Source: Atopobium sp. | GTDB lineage: Bacteria > Actinomycetota > Coriobacteriia > Coriobacteriales > Atopobiaceae | Assembly: GCA_015259155.1 (NCBI GenBank) | Contig: JABZGY010000002.1 | Location: 6,697-70,696 of the forward strand | Direction of reading: 5' to 3' | DNA: 64,000 nucleotides | Notes under the pieces: model-generated | Seen by the model: the letters and a program-made list of their open reading frames with translations, nothing else | What the model was told of the DNA's origin: nothing | Databases searched by the model: none | Translations under genes and position numbers: made by a program | Shown: positions 30,434 through 39,617 of the stretch, piece after piece | How positions within the stretch are numbered: position 1 is the stretch's first letter | How the letters are laid out: each line of letters opens with the position of its first letter

Positions 30434-30750
30434 TGACACCTGAAGAAATTGCGCAGAAACGTCAAAAAGAAAAAGATCTTATTTCGCTCATGATTCGTTT
30501 TTATTGCGAGAAGTACCATCGCACCAAAGCCCATGAACCTCTGTGCGACGAGTGCGCTGAGCTTGAGAAGTATGCGCATACGCGTGTGGACCGCTGTCCT
30601 CACATTGAGACAAAGACGTTTTGCTCAAAATGCATATCGCATTGCTACAACAAAGAGATGCGAGCTCGAGTCAAAGAGGTCATGAAATCTTCGGGTCCAC
30701 GTCTTTTGCTGCACCACCCAATTCTTGTGATTAAGCACGCGCTTCAGTAA
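30433..30750 (+). CDS. YgbA-family (nitrous oxide-stimulated promoter family) Cys-rich protein
   Basis: MIRFYC...LCDEC..L..YA..R...CP....KTFCSKC..HCY...MR..VM..SGPR.L..HP. Confidence 0.85.
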   Translation: MTPEEIAQKRQKEKDLISLMIRFYCEKYHRTKAHEPLCDECAELEKYAHTRVDRCPHIETKTFCSKCISHCYNKEMRARVKEVMKSSGPRLLLHHPILVIKHALQ

Positions 30751-30952
30751 CGCAGTCCTGGTTGATCTGGTACACCTTTGACATCTGCGATTTTCTCGCC
30801 ATTTCACGGTCTTCTCGCCAAAAGTGAGAAGACCGCATTTTTTTTGAATCTTTTTCATTTGAAACATAACTGTTAACTCTGAGAATTACGTATTTTTGTC
30901 GCGGCGCGCTAGGTTTACAGTGACCTCTCGCTTTACAGAAGGAGGCACTGCG

Positions 30953-31612
30953 TTGATTAAATCTAAGAAAGCGTCATTTATTTTTAAGCTATTTATTGCT
31001 GTGATTGGCACCTTTGTACTGTGTGATTCTGCGGGCGTCTTCCGAATGAACTTCCGCGTTTCTTTCTTGTACTACTTCACTAACATTTCTAACGTGCTGC
31101 TTGTTGCCTATTTCTGGGGCGCGCTGTTCCAAGCTTACAAGCATCCCGAGACCGCTCAGAAACCATGGATGCCAACGGTTAAGCACACACTTATGCTGGG
31201 TATTACGGTAACCGGCCTGGTAGCTTACTTCCTGCTTGACCACGGCGAGGTCTTTGTAAATGGCGTCTTTAAGTTCAATAATTTTATCCTGCACGATGTG
31301 ACTCCAATTTGCGCCGTTTTGGACTGGCTGCTCTTTGACGAGAAGCCAACTATGAGCTTTAAAGAGCCTCTGATCTGGCCTTTATATCCGCTCACGTATT
31401 TTGCGTACATCATTGTCTTGGTCCTGGGCTTTGGCGTGCAGATTAAAGAGAAGTCTCGCTGGCCTTATGGATTTATGGACTTTGACAAGCTGGGAGTCCC
31501 AACGGTTGCTCTGACCATTGTGATTTTGATTGTTGTCTTTGTTGCCCTGGGTTACCTCTACGTCGTCATTGACAAAAAACTTGGCGAGAAGATCAAGAAG
31601 GCTGAAAACTAA
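30953..31612 (+). CDS. Pr6Pr/FAR-17a-like integral membrane protein
   Basis: YFTNISN, ILH.VTP..A.LDWLLF, WPLYPL.Y, PYGFMD motifs; AAGGAGG RBS before TTG 30953. Confidence 0.8.
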   Translation: MIKSKKASFIFKLFIAVIGTFVLCDSAGVFRMNFRVSFLYYFTNISNVLLVAYFWGALFQAYKHPETAQKPWMPTVKHTLMLGITVTGLVAYFLLDHGEVFVNGVFKFNNFILHDVTPICAVLDWLLFDEKPTMSFKEPLIWPLYPLTYFAYIIVLVLGFGVQIKEKSRWPYGFMDFDKLGVPTVALTIVILIVVFVALGYLYVVIDKKLGEKIKKAEN

Positions 31613-31704
31613 TTCGAGCTAGGTTACAAGCCGCGATAACTGCAACGTTAAACCTAGTGTGTTGAGGAGAAAACCACAATTGATTGCAAAGTGCCTGACA
31701 TTCG

Positions 31705-32166
31705 TGAACTGCCTCCCATTTCTTGGACACGAGAAATAGGAGGCAGTTCAAAACACACCTAAGTCAGATAATCTGTCAAAAAGACGTATACATAACGCAG
31801 AAATTACCACAAACATGCAGATTATCTTCATTAGGTGTGTAATTTGCCCACAATTGTGCAGAATATCTGTCATAGGTGTGTTCCCTAGAAGCGGAATTTA
31901 CCTATAGTTAGATTTTTTATATTTCGCAATTCATTTTCAAGCATATTAAGTTAAGTTTATGCATAGAGATGCATATCAGGTAGTGCGACCGCCTAGCTGC
32001 CTGGCTATCTTGATTAAGAACATGTCGATTCTTCGGCAGAACCTACCAAAGCTGCGCTATTTTGTGCGCCAGGCCTAAAAGCCAACGCTAACACGCTACA
32101 GAATCATAATCACCCGCATATGAACTGCCTCCCATTTCTTATGTCCAAGAAATGGGAGGCAGTTCA
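31705..32166. mobile_element. Non-autonomous MITE-like element, 462 bp, IS3-like TG...CA ends
   Basis: Perfect 25-bp terminal inverted repeats TGAACTGCCTCCCATTTCTTGGACA (31705-31729 / 32142-32166); CATTCG direct repeat on both flanks (31699-31704, 32167-32172); no transposase. Confidence 0.85.
31752..31882 (-). repeat. Three-armed repeat family B, copy 1 (inside the MITE)
   Basis: AACACACCTAAGTCAGATAATCTG plus two inverted arms (31817-31840, 31858-31882); inverted homolog of 60868-60998. Confidence 0.8.
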
Positions 32167-32262
32167 CATTCGTCAGGCGCTTTTTTATGCCGTTTACGGG
32201 AGTACATTTGGAACGCGGCGTGTGTGCTGGTAAAATATTAAAAAGTTGATGAAGGAGGTACT

Positions 32263-32499
32263 ATGTCACTGTATCGTCATCTACGTGCTAGTTTAGGATC
32301 AGCCCATAAAATTGTGCTTGCTATCAGCACTTTTGTAATGGCAACCGTGATTCCTGTTATAGCAAAAGCTGATGTTATTGATGCGCCAAGAGTTGGTCCA
32401 GCTACTTCTCATGTAAGTACTTCTTATGTAAGTTTGATTGCAGTCATTGTTCTTGTGGCTGTAGTCGGATTTATCATGATTAGAAGGCGTAACAGGTAA
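32263..32499 (+). CDS. Small exported/membrane peptide (signal peptide, ~20-aa ectodomain, C-terminal TM + RRRNR)
   Basis: AAGGAGG RBS; AKA|DVID cleavage-like site; hydrophobic C-terminus with basic tail. Confidence 0.75.
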   Translation: MSLYRHLRASLGSAHKIVLAISTFVMATVIPVIAKADVIDAPRVGPATSHVSTSYVSLIAVIVLVAVVGFIMIRRRNR

Positions 32500-32503
32500 T
32501 AAT

Positions 32504-33787
32504 TTGCCTACAACACAGGAACTTCTCCCCAAAAAAGAAGTCACTACCTTTGCGTATGCACTTTGTCACTTTGTAGTTGACTTTGCATGCGTATCTACCA
32601 TGCTCTGTGCCGTAAGCCGAGTGTTGGGCGAGTCTGGCCAGGGTTCGATGGAAGTTGTTGCGCTCAGTATTTTACTGTATGACATAGTTGCCTTTACCCT
32701 GCAGCTCCCTATAGGCATTGCGCTGGATCAGCTGGATAAGAACTCATATGCCGCCTTACTTTCGTATGCTTTAGTGGGCGCTGGAGTTATTCTTTCGCTG
32801 GTCCCTATAGCCCTTCTCGAGTGGCCTGCGATTCTTTTGCTTGCGATTGGAAACGCACTCTTCCATAGTGCAGGCGGACTGAGCGTCCTTAATATCTCGC
32901 AAAAACATGCAGGACCTTCGGGAATCTTTATTGCAACTGGTGCAATTGGAGTCTTTTTAGGTACACAAAGTGCTCAAATGGGAAGACTTCAGATTGCGTT
33001 TTCCCTGCTTGTGCTGTTGTTCTTATGCGCGCTTATCACGCTTGTAGTACAAAAGGTTAACAAGAAGTACTGGAACGTGCATAACGTTTCGTTTGACATT
33101 CCTAGGTTTTCGTCCAATACATTGCTTGCGATTGCGCTGCTGAGCCTTGTGGTGGCGCTGAGAAGCTATGTCGGCATGGTTATGGCATTTCCTTGGAAGA
33201 GCGAGATGCTCTTACTGGCATTAAGCATCCTTGGTGTATTTGCAGGTAAAGCGCTTGGTGGAGTGGTTGCTGATCGTATTGGCTTCAGGACTACAGCTAT
33301 CTTTTCGCTCATTGTTGCAGCCACCTTGTTTGTGCCCTCATGGGAGATACCGGTTATGGGCCTTCTGGGTGTACTTTTCTTCAACTTTACTATGTCCATT
33401 ACGTTGGCATCTCTGGCAAATATCTTGCCTAACGCAAAAGGCACCGCATTTGGACTGGCCAGTTTCTCACTAGCTGTAGGTGCGTTGCCTGCGCTCGCAG
33501 GATTCCGTATTGAACATCCTGCAATGCTCTCTGGTATCAGTTTGGTCTCGGCACTTGCGTTGGGCGTAGGTCTTACGTTAGTCAAAGATTCCGTGGCTAC
33601 AGGGCCATTTGGACATGAGCGCATGCTTCAAGCAGCACAGGTTGCTGAGACTGCAGAGGAAGATGATCTAATCGCAGAGCTATCTGATCAGGTTGATGAG
33701 CTTGCGGTTGAAGATGCGCTTGCAGCTAAAGACTATCTTGTTGCTGAAGACTATCTTGTTGCTGAAGACAAACAAGTAGAAGACTAA
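32504..33787 (+). CDS. MFS-like multi-pass membrane protein
   Basis: About 12 TM segments; HFVVD, GNALFH.AGG, GGVVADRIG motifs; TTG start uncertain; acidic tail with 18-bp tandem duplication at 33731-33766. Confidence 0.8.
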   Translation: MPTTQELLPKKEVTTFAYALCHFVVDFACVSTMLCAVSRVLGESGQGSMEVVALSILLYDIVAFTLQLPIGIALDQLDKNSYAALLSYALVGAGVILSLVPIALLEWPAILLLAIGNALFHSAGGLSVLNISQKHAGPSGIFIATGAIGVFLGTQSAQMGRLQIAFSLLVLLFLCALITLVVQKVNKKYWNVHNVSFDIPRFSSNTLLAIALLSLVVALRSYVGMVMAFPWKSEMLLLALSILGVFAGKALGGVVADRIGFRTTAIFSLIVAATLFVPSWEIPVMGLLGVLFFNFTMSITLASLANILPNAKGTAFGLASFSLAVGALPALAGFRIEHPAMLSGISLVSALALGVGLTLVKDSVATGPFGHERMLQAAQVAETAEEDDLIAELSDQVDELAVEDALAAKDYLVAEDYLVAEDKQVED

Positions 33788-33791
33788 TGAC

Positions 33792-34169
33792 ATGGATGAC
33801 CAATTATTTTTATTGCCGTATTTGATAACCATTATTCCGATATTTGCGTTTTGTCTGATTCTTACTATTACTGTTGAGCTTATTGTCGCAAAATCGCTTG
33901 GCGTTAAAGACAATCATGCGCTGCTGATTGTTGTGGCTGCACAGGTGCTTACCAATCCAATCGCTGTTTTTATCACAAGTGTCCTTGTTAATGTGGTTGC
34001 TAACGACGCTCAATATTGGGCGTGCGTCATAGCGGTTGAGCTGGCCGTTATTGCTGTTGAAGGTCTCATTTACAAGGTAAAAAGAGTAAGCGACGCTCCA
34101 TGGACACTTTCAATCTTGTCTAACCTTGCATCGGTGTCTGTGGGTATTCTCGTTCAAACACTTATATAA
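33792..34169 (+). CDS. Hypothetical 4-TM membrane protein
   Basis: Hydrophobic ORF with polar intramembrane residues (T..VE, LTNP, E..V..VE, SN..S). Confidence 0.75.
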   Translation: MDDQLFLLPYLITIIPIFAFCLILTITVELIVAKSLGVKDNHALLIVVAAQVLTNPIAVFITSVLVNVVANDAQYWACVIAVELAVIAVEGLIYKVKRVSDAPWTLSILSNLASVSVGILVQTLI

Positions 34170-34240
34170 AAATTTAGCGAGAAACCCTTTGAATAGGAGG
34201 GAGTTTCTCGCCAAATCTGGGTGATTTATGAGATGAAGCC

Positions 34241-34381
34241 TTAATGGACAATTGCAATAAGAAGAGCTCCGATCATAAGACCAATGGATGTTCTTAATGC
34301 CGCGGATGCTTGCCTGTGCAAGAGCTTTTGCGCACGAGTTGTGTGAGTAAGTTGGGCTTTTGAGGTGTTAAGTGTATGCAT
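34241..34381 (-). CDS. Small 46-aa membrane peptide absent from the ORF track (MHTLNTSKAQLTHTTRAQKLLHRQASAALRTSIGLMIGALLIAIVH)
   Basis: AAAGGAGGA RBS just before ATG 34381, 13 bp after the permease stop; TAA at 34243-34241; C-terminal hydrophobic helix. Confidence 0.6.
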   Translation of the reverse strand: MHTLNTSKAQLTHTTRAQKLLHRQASAALRTSIGLMIGALLIAIVH

Positions 34382-34394
34382 TGGTCCTCCTTTC

Positions 34395-35231
34395 TTAGTT
34401 CTTGTCTAGTATATGCCCAAAAGTAAACCTAGGCAAACTCTTTAGTATAAAAATGATGCAAAAAACCACGCCGAGGGTCAGTCCAATCATGCCTCCAGAA
34501 GAGGCATCTAGGTAATAACTGCCTGTTATTCCAATTAAAACGCTGACCGTAGCAATGAGTGGAGAAATCCAGAGCATATGGCGCATCTGATTAGTAAGAA
34601 GTCTCGCGCAGGCGCCTGGAACAATAAGGAGCGAAACGGACAGAATAACGCCAACTGCCTGGAGTGATATGACAATCGCGAGGGCTAGGGCAACAAGTAA
34701 GAGTGAAGTGAGAGTTTTGGTGGAAAGGCCAATTGCCTGGACCTGCGTGGGATCAAATGAAAGCAAGGTCAGGTCCTTGTTTTTAAGGATAAGCAGAATT
34801 GCAATAGGCAGACCAATGCAAAGAACTTGCAGCATATCGGGAGTGGTTACTCCTAAAAGGTTGCCAAAAAGTATGTGCGATAAGTTGATCTGGCTTGGAA
34901 CTTTTGATATGAGAACTGTTCCAAGTGCAAAAAACGTTGTAAATACAATGCCAATAGCAGTATCAGGTCGCACAATTTGGCTCTTTTTGACTTGTCCGAC
35001 CAACACCACGGTAATAAGGGCAAACACCAGCGCTCCCACCAGATAGGGAAGTCCCAGTAGGTGAGCGATAACTACGCCCGGAAGAATAGAGTGGGAGATG
35101 GCGTCGCCCATGAGCGACCATCCCATATGAGTGATCCAACAGCTCAAAAGCCCGCAGACTATGGCGGTTGCAATTCCGGTGATGAGGGCTCGCTGCATGA
35201 ATGCGTATTGGAGAATATCCACCTCAGGCAT
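34395..35231 (-). CDS. Mn/Zn/Fe ABC transporter permease
   Basis: SLMGDAISHSILPG, DTAIGI, ILFGN, QAVGVIL motifs; ATG 35231 overlaps the ATPase stop. Confidence 0.92.
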   Translation of the reverse strand: MPEVDILQYAFMQRALITGIATAIVCGLLSCWITHMGWSLMGDAISHSILPGVVIAHLLGLPYLVGALVFALITVVLVGQVKKSQIVRPDTAIGIVFTTFFALGTVLISKVPSQINLSHILFGNLLGVTTPDMLQVLCIGLPIAILLILKNKDLTLLSFDPTQVQAIGLSTKTLTSLLLVALALAIVISLQAVGVILSVSLLIVPGACARLLTNQMRHMLWISPLIATVSVLIGITGSYYLDASSGGMIGLTLGVVFCIIFILKSLPRFTFGHILDKN

Positions 35232-35976
35232 GGAGCACCTCCTCAATGTGGGTATCTTCAGAAATTCCAAGGTTCTGCAGGAGGGCATCTCCAGAAAGAA
35301 TTTCTTTTGAGGGACCCTGCGCGGTGATGGTTTTATTGATGACCAGGCAAAGCGGGAATTTTTGCTGAGCTAGGTTGATATCGTGAATTGAAACAAGCAA
35401 TGTTTTGCCTTCTTTACTGAGGTTATTGAGCTGTTCGGTAATGATGGCCTCAGAGCGAGCGTCTACTCCCGCAAACGGTTCGTCAAGAAACATCAGTTCA
35501 GCGGCTTGTGCAATTCCGCGTGCTACAAAAACACGCTTTCTTTGTCCGCCCGAGAGTTGGGCAAGTGGTCGATCTGCAAGGTCGGCCAAGTTGACGCGTT
35601 CGAGTGCTTGGGCAACCAGCTCTTTGTCCTGAGCGGATGGTATGCGCATCCAACCCTGATGGACGTATCTACCCTGCATAACAACGTCTTTTACAAGCAG
35701 CGGAAACGTTGCGTCAATCGTTTCAGTTTGAGGGACGTACGCGATTTTGCCCTGCTTACGTGCTTGCGAAAGAGGTTGCTGACCCCAAGTGATGGAACCC
35801 TCGCATTCGATGGTGTCCATCAGGGCCTTGAAGAGCGTAGACTTGCCGGCACCATTTACGCCTACAAGTGCGCAAAGATCTCCTGTTGAAAGCGAGAAAT
35901 TCACGTCGTGAATGATGGGTTTCTCGCGGTCTTTTTTCTCGTACCAGGCGCAAAGTTGTGAAACGCAAAGATTCAT
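35224..35976 (-). CDS. Mn/Zn/Fe ABC transporter ATP-binding protein
   Basis: GVNGAGKST, AYVPQ, LSGGQRKR, LDEPFAGVD. Confidence 0.92.
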   Translation of the reverse strand: MNLCVSQLCAWYEKKDREKPIIHDVNFSLSTGDLCALVGVNGAGKSTLFKALMDTIECEGSITWGQQPLSQARKQGKIAYVPQTETIDATFPLLVKDVVMQGRYVHQGWMRIPSAQDKELVAQALERVNLADLADRPLAQLSGGQRKRVFVARGIAQAAELMFLDEPFAGVDARSEAIITEQLNNLSKEGKTLLVSIHDINLAQQKFPLCLVINKTITAQGPSKEILSGDALLQNLGISEDTHIEEVLHA

Positions 35977-35984
35977 TGAGAACG

Positions 35985-37007
35985 CTACCTTCCCATAAGA
36001 CCAGATACGATTGCGTCCGTGTCGTGTTGTAGCAGGTCAAGATAGGTGGGCACGGGGCCGTCGGCTTCCGAGAGGGAGTCTACGTACAAGATGTTCTTCT
36101 CGTCAGTTTTGAGGACAGCGCCCGTCTCGTCAGCTACCTGCTGCATTGCCTTGGGGCTTACCGTGGATTCGCAGAATACTGCGGGGATTTGCTGGGCTTT
36201 TACAGTTTCGACAACCTTGGCAATCTGCTGCGGAGTGCCTTCATCAGCGGCGTTAACGGCCCAAAGGTAGAGTTCCTTCATGTTGGTGTCGCGGCACAGG
36301 TACGAGAACGCTCCCTCGCAGGTCACAAGCGTGCGCTGGCTCTCCGGCAGGGTGCTAAGCTCCTCAATCAGGTGAGAGGAGATGTTGTCGAGCTCCTTTT
36401 TGTATGCGTCGCCGTTGGCTTCGAAGTCTTTGGCGTGGTCAGGGACAAGGTTGCTGAGCGCGCGGACGATATTCTCGACATAGATCTTGCCGTTTGCGGG
36501 CGACATCCACGCATGCGGATTGGCCTGACCCTGGTAGTCACCCTCGGCGATGGGGATGGCGGTGATGCCTTCGCTGAGGTCGGCGCGTTGAGCAGGCGAG
36601 TCATCGACGAAGCGCTCAAACCAGCGCTCAAGCCCCAGTCCGTTGTTGAGGATGAGCTGGGCTTTTTGCGCGCGCTTGAGGTCGTCGGGCGTGGGCTCGT
36701 AGTCGTGGATTTCGGCACCAGCCTTGGTGATGGACTCTACCTGGCAAAACTCGCCTGCAACGCGAGAAGCCATGTCCTGGATCACGGTGAAGGTGGTCAA
36801 GACGAGGGGAGCCGAGGAGTTTTGGTTTTGCGCGGAGCTTGAGTTGGCTGCAGAATCGCGTGGACTACATGCGGCGAGAAAAGCGATTGCTGCCGCAGAG
36901 CTTGCGCCAATCAAGGTGAGTGCTGACCTGCGGGATAGGAGAGGGTTGCAGGTGAGGCGCGATTGTGGGTTTGCGACTGTCGAGATATGCGTGCAGCGAT
37001 GTTTCAT
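35985..37007 (-). CDS. Metal ABC substrate-binding lipoprotein (PsaA/SitA/MntA family) with twin-arginine lipoprotein signal
   Basis: SRRSAL...LAAC; IHDYEP, NPHAW, TCEGAFSY, YVDSL (His/His/Glu/Asp Mn/Fe-type ligands). Confidence 0.92.
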   Translation of the reverse strand: MKHRCTHISTVANPQSRLTCNPLLSRRSALTLIGASSAAAIAFLAACSPRDSAANSSSAQNQNSSAPLVLTTFTVIQDMASRVAGEFCQVESITKAGAEIHDYEPTPDDLKRAQKAQLILNNGLGLERWFERFVDDSPAQRADLSEGITAIPIAEGDYQGQANPHAWMSPANGKIYVENIVRALSNLVPDHAKDFEANGDAYKKELDNISSHLIEELSTLPESQRTLVTCEGAFSYLCRDTNMKELYLWAVNAADEGTPQQIAKVVETVKAQQIPAVFCESTVSPKAMQQVADETGAVLKTDEKNILYVDSLSEADGPVPTYLDLLQHDTDAIVSGLMGR

Positions 37008-37124
37008 AGCGACTTCCTTCAAAGAGTTGAGAGCAGGTAGCTACGGGACTGAAAGCAAGAAACTGATAGCGTGAAGCCAAGAGTTAGGAGTTTGGAGCTA
37101 CGAGCTCAACTGGTTTCTCTCCCT

Positions 37125-37159
37125 ATTGTATTCCTAAAAGTTAGCTTTGTCTAACTTTT
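37125..37159 (-). promoter_or_regulatory. Promoter (-35 TAGACA, 17 bp, -10 TACAAT) overlapped by a DtxR/MntR-type operator AAAAGTTAG-ctttgt-CTAACTTTT
   Basis: 9-6-9 palindrome 37136-37159 with TTAG-N6-CTAA core directly upstream of the metal ABC operon. Confidence 0.7.
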
Positions 37160-37388
37160 GAAATTTACGAGGAAAGAAAAATGGTTAGATTTGCAGACAA
37201 ATGTCCAAAAGATTGAACATGAAATTTAATGTGTCATTTATGTCGCATTTTAAGCAAATTATTTTCCTTTGGCTTATTTACCATAGGATTTGTGAAACAA
37301 AAATAATTTTTCTATAGCAAATTATGTGAATATGGCTAGAATTTATTTTGTTTCCTAATGGTTTGTGCTCGTTAAAAAAGGAGAGAGC

Positions 37389-38141
37389 ATGGCATTCGAT
37401 TTTACAGGTAAGCTGGTTCTGGTTACAGGCGGAAGCGCTGGTATTGGCGCTGAGATCTCCAAGGGTATTGTTGCTGGAGGTGGACATGTAATCGTTTGCT
37501 CTCGTCACGAGGACACTGGCCGCAAGTTTGTCGAGGAGCTCGGCGAGGGTAACTTCTTCTACACAATGGACATTGCAGATGCCGAGGGCGTCAAGAAGAC
37601 CGTTGCTCAGATTCTTGAGGAGTGCGGCGACGTCAACGTTCTTATCAACTGCGCTGGTCGCATCAGCTCCGTTCCTTTCACCGAGGTTGACGACAAAGAG
37701 TGGAACAACACTATCAACACCAACCTCACCGGTACCTACAACGTAACTCACGCTCTCTGGCAGCACTTCATTGATCGTGGTGGCGCTCGCATTGTCAACG
37801 TTTCTTCCGTTGCAGGCAAGATTGGCGGCGGCCTCCTTGGTACTGTTGCTTACGCATCTTCTAAGGCTGGTATGAACGGCTTTACCAAGGCTATCGCTAA
37901 AGAGGGCGGCAAGTACGGCATTTCTTGTAACGCTGTTTGCCCATCCTTCACCATTACAGATATGACCACTGCACTCTCCAATGATGAGGAGAAGTACAAG
38001 AAGGTCGTAGGCATTATTCCTCTTGGCCGTCCTGCACAGGCATCTGAGCCTGCACAGATGGTACTGTTCTTTGCTTCCGACGCTGCAAGCTTCGTCAACG
38101 GTGAGGTTGGCGACTGCGACGGCGGCATCGTAATGGACTAG
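37389..38141 (+). CDS. SDR-family oxidoreductase (FabG-like)
   Basis: TGGSAGIG, INCAG, NVSS, YASSK motifs; AAGGAG RBS. Confidence 0.92.
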   Translation: MAFDFTGKLVLVTGGSAGIGAEISKGIVAGGGHVIVCSRHEDTGRKFVEELGEGNFFYTMDIADAEGVKKTVAQILEECGDVNVLINCAGRISSVPFTEVDDKEWNNTINTNLTGTYNVTHALWQHFIDRGGARIVNVSSVAGKIGGGLLGTVAYASSKAGMNGFTKAIAKEGGKYGISCNAVCPSFTITDMTTALSNDEEKYKKVVGIIPLGRPAQASEPAQMVLFFASDAASFVNGEVGDCDGGIVMD

Positions 38142-38151
38142 GTGATTGTTG

Positions 38152-39147
38152 ATGGCTACAAAAGAACCAATTTCTCTTCAGCACCCATTTAAGGCATTGG
38201 GCCGCATCCCAGGTGCAAACATTCTGATTCCTCTGCTACTTGGTGTTTTTATGAACACATTTTTCCCAGAGGTATTCCCAACGCTCGGTAGCTTTACCGC
38301 AGCAATGACCGTTAAGGGTACTGCTGCTCTGGTTGGCGCTTTCATGCTTTGCGTTGGCGCAACTATTTCGTTCAAGAGCGCACCAAAGGCTGCACTTCGC
38401 GGCGCGATCATCATCATTTCTAAGGTTGTGTTCTGCGTTGCTCTTGGCCTTGCTGTTCTGTTCTTCCTGAACGACAACCTGCTTGGTCTTTCTTCTATGG
38501 TTATCCTTGCTGCTTGCTCTGGTGCAAACAACTCCATGTACGCAGGTCTGATGGCCGACTACGGTAACGAGTATGAGCAGGGTGCAGTTGCAATTACTAC
38601 GCTGGTTGTTGGCCCTCCAGTTACCATGCTTGCTCTTGGTGCAACTGGTCAGTCACCAATCAACTGGTCTTTGCTTGGTGCAGTTCTGCCAATTATTATT
38701 GGTATTCTGCTTGGCAACTTCTTCCCATCCATGAAGAAGATGCTGACCAGTGCTCTGCCAGCAATTATTGTTATGACCTTCTTTGCTATGGGAACTACTA
38801 TGAAGTTTGATTCCCTCATCATGGCTGGTCCTGCAGGTATTCTGCTTGGCGTTATCTGCTCCGTTTGCGGTGGCTTTATCAACTACTTTGTTGATCGTGC
38901 AACTGGCGGAACTGGTATCGCTGGTGTTGCTATTTCTTCCTGCGCAGGTGCAAATGCACTTACACCTGCTGCTATGGCAGAGGCTAACCCAGCTCTGTAT
39001 GGTGGAGCTGCTCTTGCAACAGCAAACGCACAGGTTGCAGCTGCAGTTATTGTTACTGCAATCCTGACTCCTTTGATCACTGGTTACGTTGCTGAGCACT
39101 TTGCTAAGAAAGACAACGCTTCCGAGGAAGTTGTCGAGGCTGCTTAA
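38152..39147 (+). CDS. kdgT: 2-keto-3-deoxygluconate permease family transporter
   Basis: IPG...IPLLLG...NTFFP, N..MY..L...YG, G.AG.A.SS.AG, QVAAAVIVTAILTP motifs. Confidence 0.8.
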   Translation: MATKEPISLQHPFKALGRIPGANILIPLLLGVFMNTFFPEVFPTLGSFTAAMTVKGTAALVGAFMLCVGATISFKSAPKAALRGAIIIISKVVFCVALGLAVLFFLNDNLLGLSSMVILAACSGANNSMYAGLMADYGNEYEQGAVAITTLVVGPPVTMLALGATGQSPINWSLLGAVLPIIIGILLGNFFPSMKKMLTSALPAIIVMTFFAMGTTMKFDSLIMAGPAGILLGVICSVCGGFINYFVDRATGGTGIAGVAISSCAGANALTPAAMAEANPALYGGAALATANAQVAAAVIVTAILTPLITGYVAEHFAKKDNASEEVVEAA

Positions 39148-39169
39148 TCGCCCTTAAAGTTTCAAGTGC

Positions 39170-39203
39170 AAAATCCCAGCACCTTCGGGTGCTGGGATTT
39201 TTT
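39170..39203 (+). terminator. Intrinsic terminator with UUCG loop
   Basis: AAAATCCCAGCACC-TTCG-GGTGCTGGGATTTT + T-run. Confidence 0.9.
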
Positions 39204-39316
39204 GTGGCTCACGCGCCGTTGATTTCTTGTAGAGACGCTCGAAGCATATCGATAGGCGGCTGATGAGGGAGCAGCGGATGCCTCAGATTCTTCGCAAACC
39301 GCTCAAATAAGTCTTC

Positions 39317-39521
39317 AAGTGGTAAAAAATGCGTTTAGTTGGGGTTTTCATTTTTCTGCATACAACGTTTGCCCAGATAAAAGTTTTTTGCGCGGTAAAA
39401 AATCGTCTTAGTTGGGGATAAATCGGCCAATTTTAAGTTTTCATCCCCAACTAAACGGGTTTTTTACCTTTTTCGGCACATAATTTTGAGGGCAAAAATT
39501 ACGTATTCATAGAATTGAATA
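39317..39521 (+). repeat. Three-armed intergenic repeat family A, copy 3
   Basis: Direct arms at 39321 and 39394, inverted arm 39443-39468, TATTCA-N6-TGAATA at 39504-39521. Confidence 0.85.
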
Positions 39522-39536
39522 TAACAACCTGATTAT

Positions 39537-39573
39537 GCAAAAAGGGTCAGAACGGAACGTTCTGACCCTTTGC
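39537..39573 (-). terminator. Terminator of the AraC gene
   Basis: AAAGGGTCAGAAC/GTTCTGACCCTTT stem. Confidence 0.75.
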
Positions 39574-39617
39574 TTTGTGACTAAAAAGACTGCAGTTTGC
39601 TGTTTTGTAAACGACAC

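Noticed and set aside
26997..30750. CydDC-like exporter without cydAB
   Set aside because: Such heterodimeric exporters are common in anaerobes; not evidence of a novel system
37202..37219. TGTCCA-aaagat-TGAACA, a one-mismatch copy of the WYL-associated palindrome
   Set aside because: Imperfect, and no TAnnnT at the 20-bp spacing on either strand; could be chance
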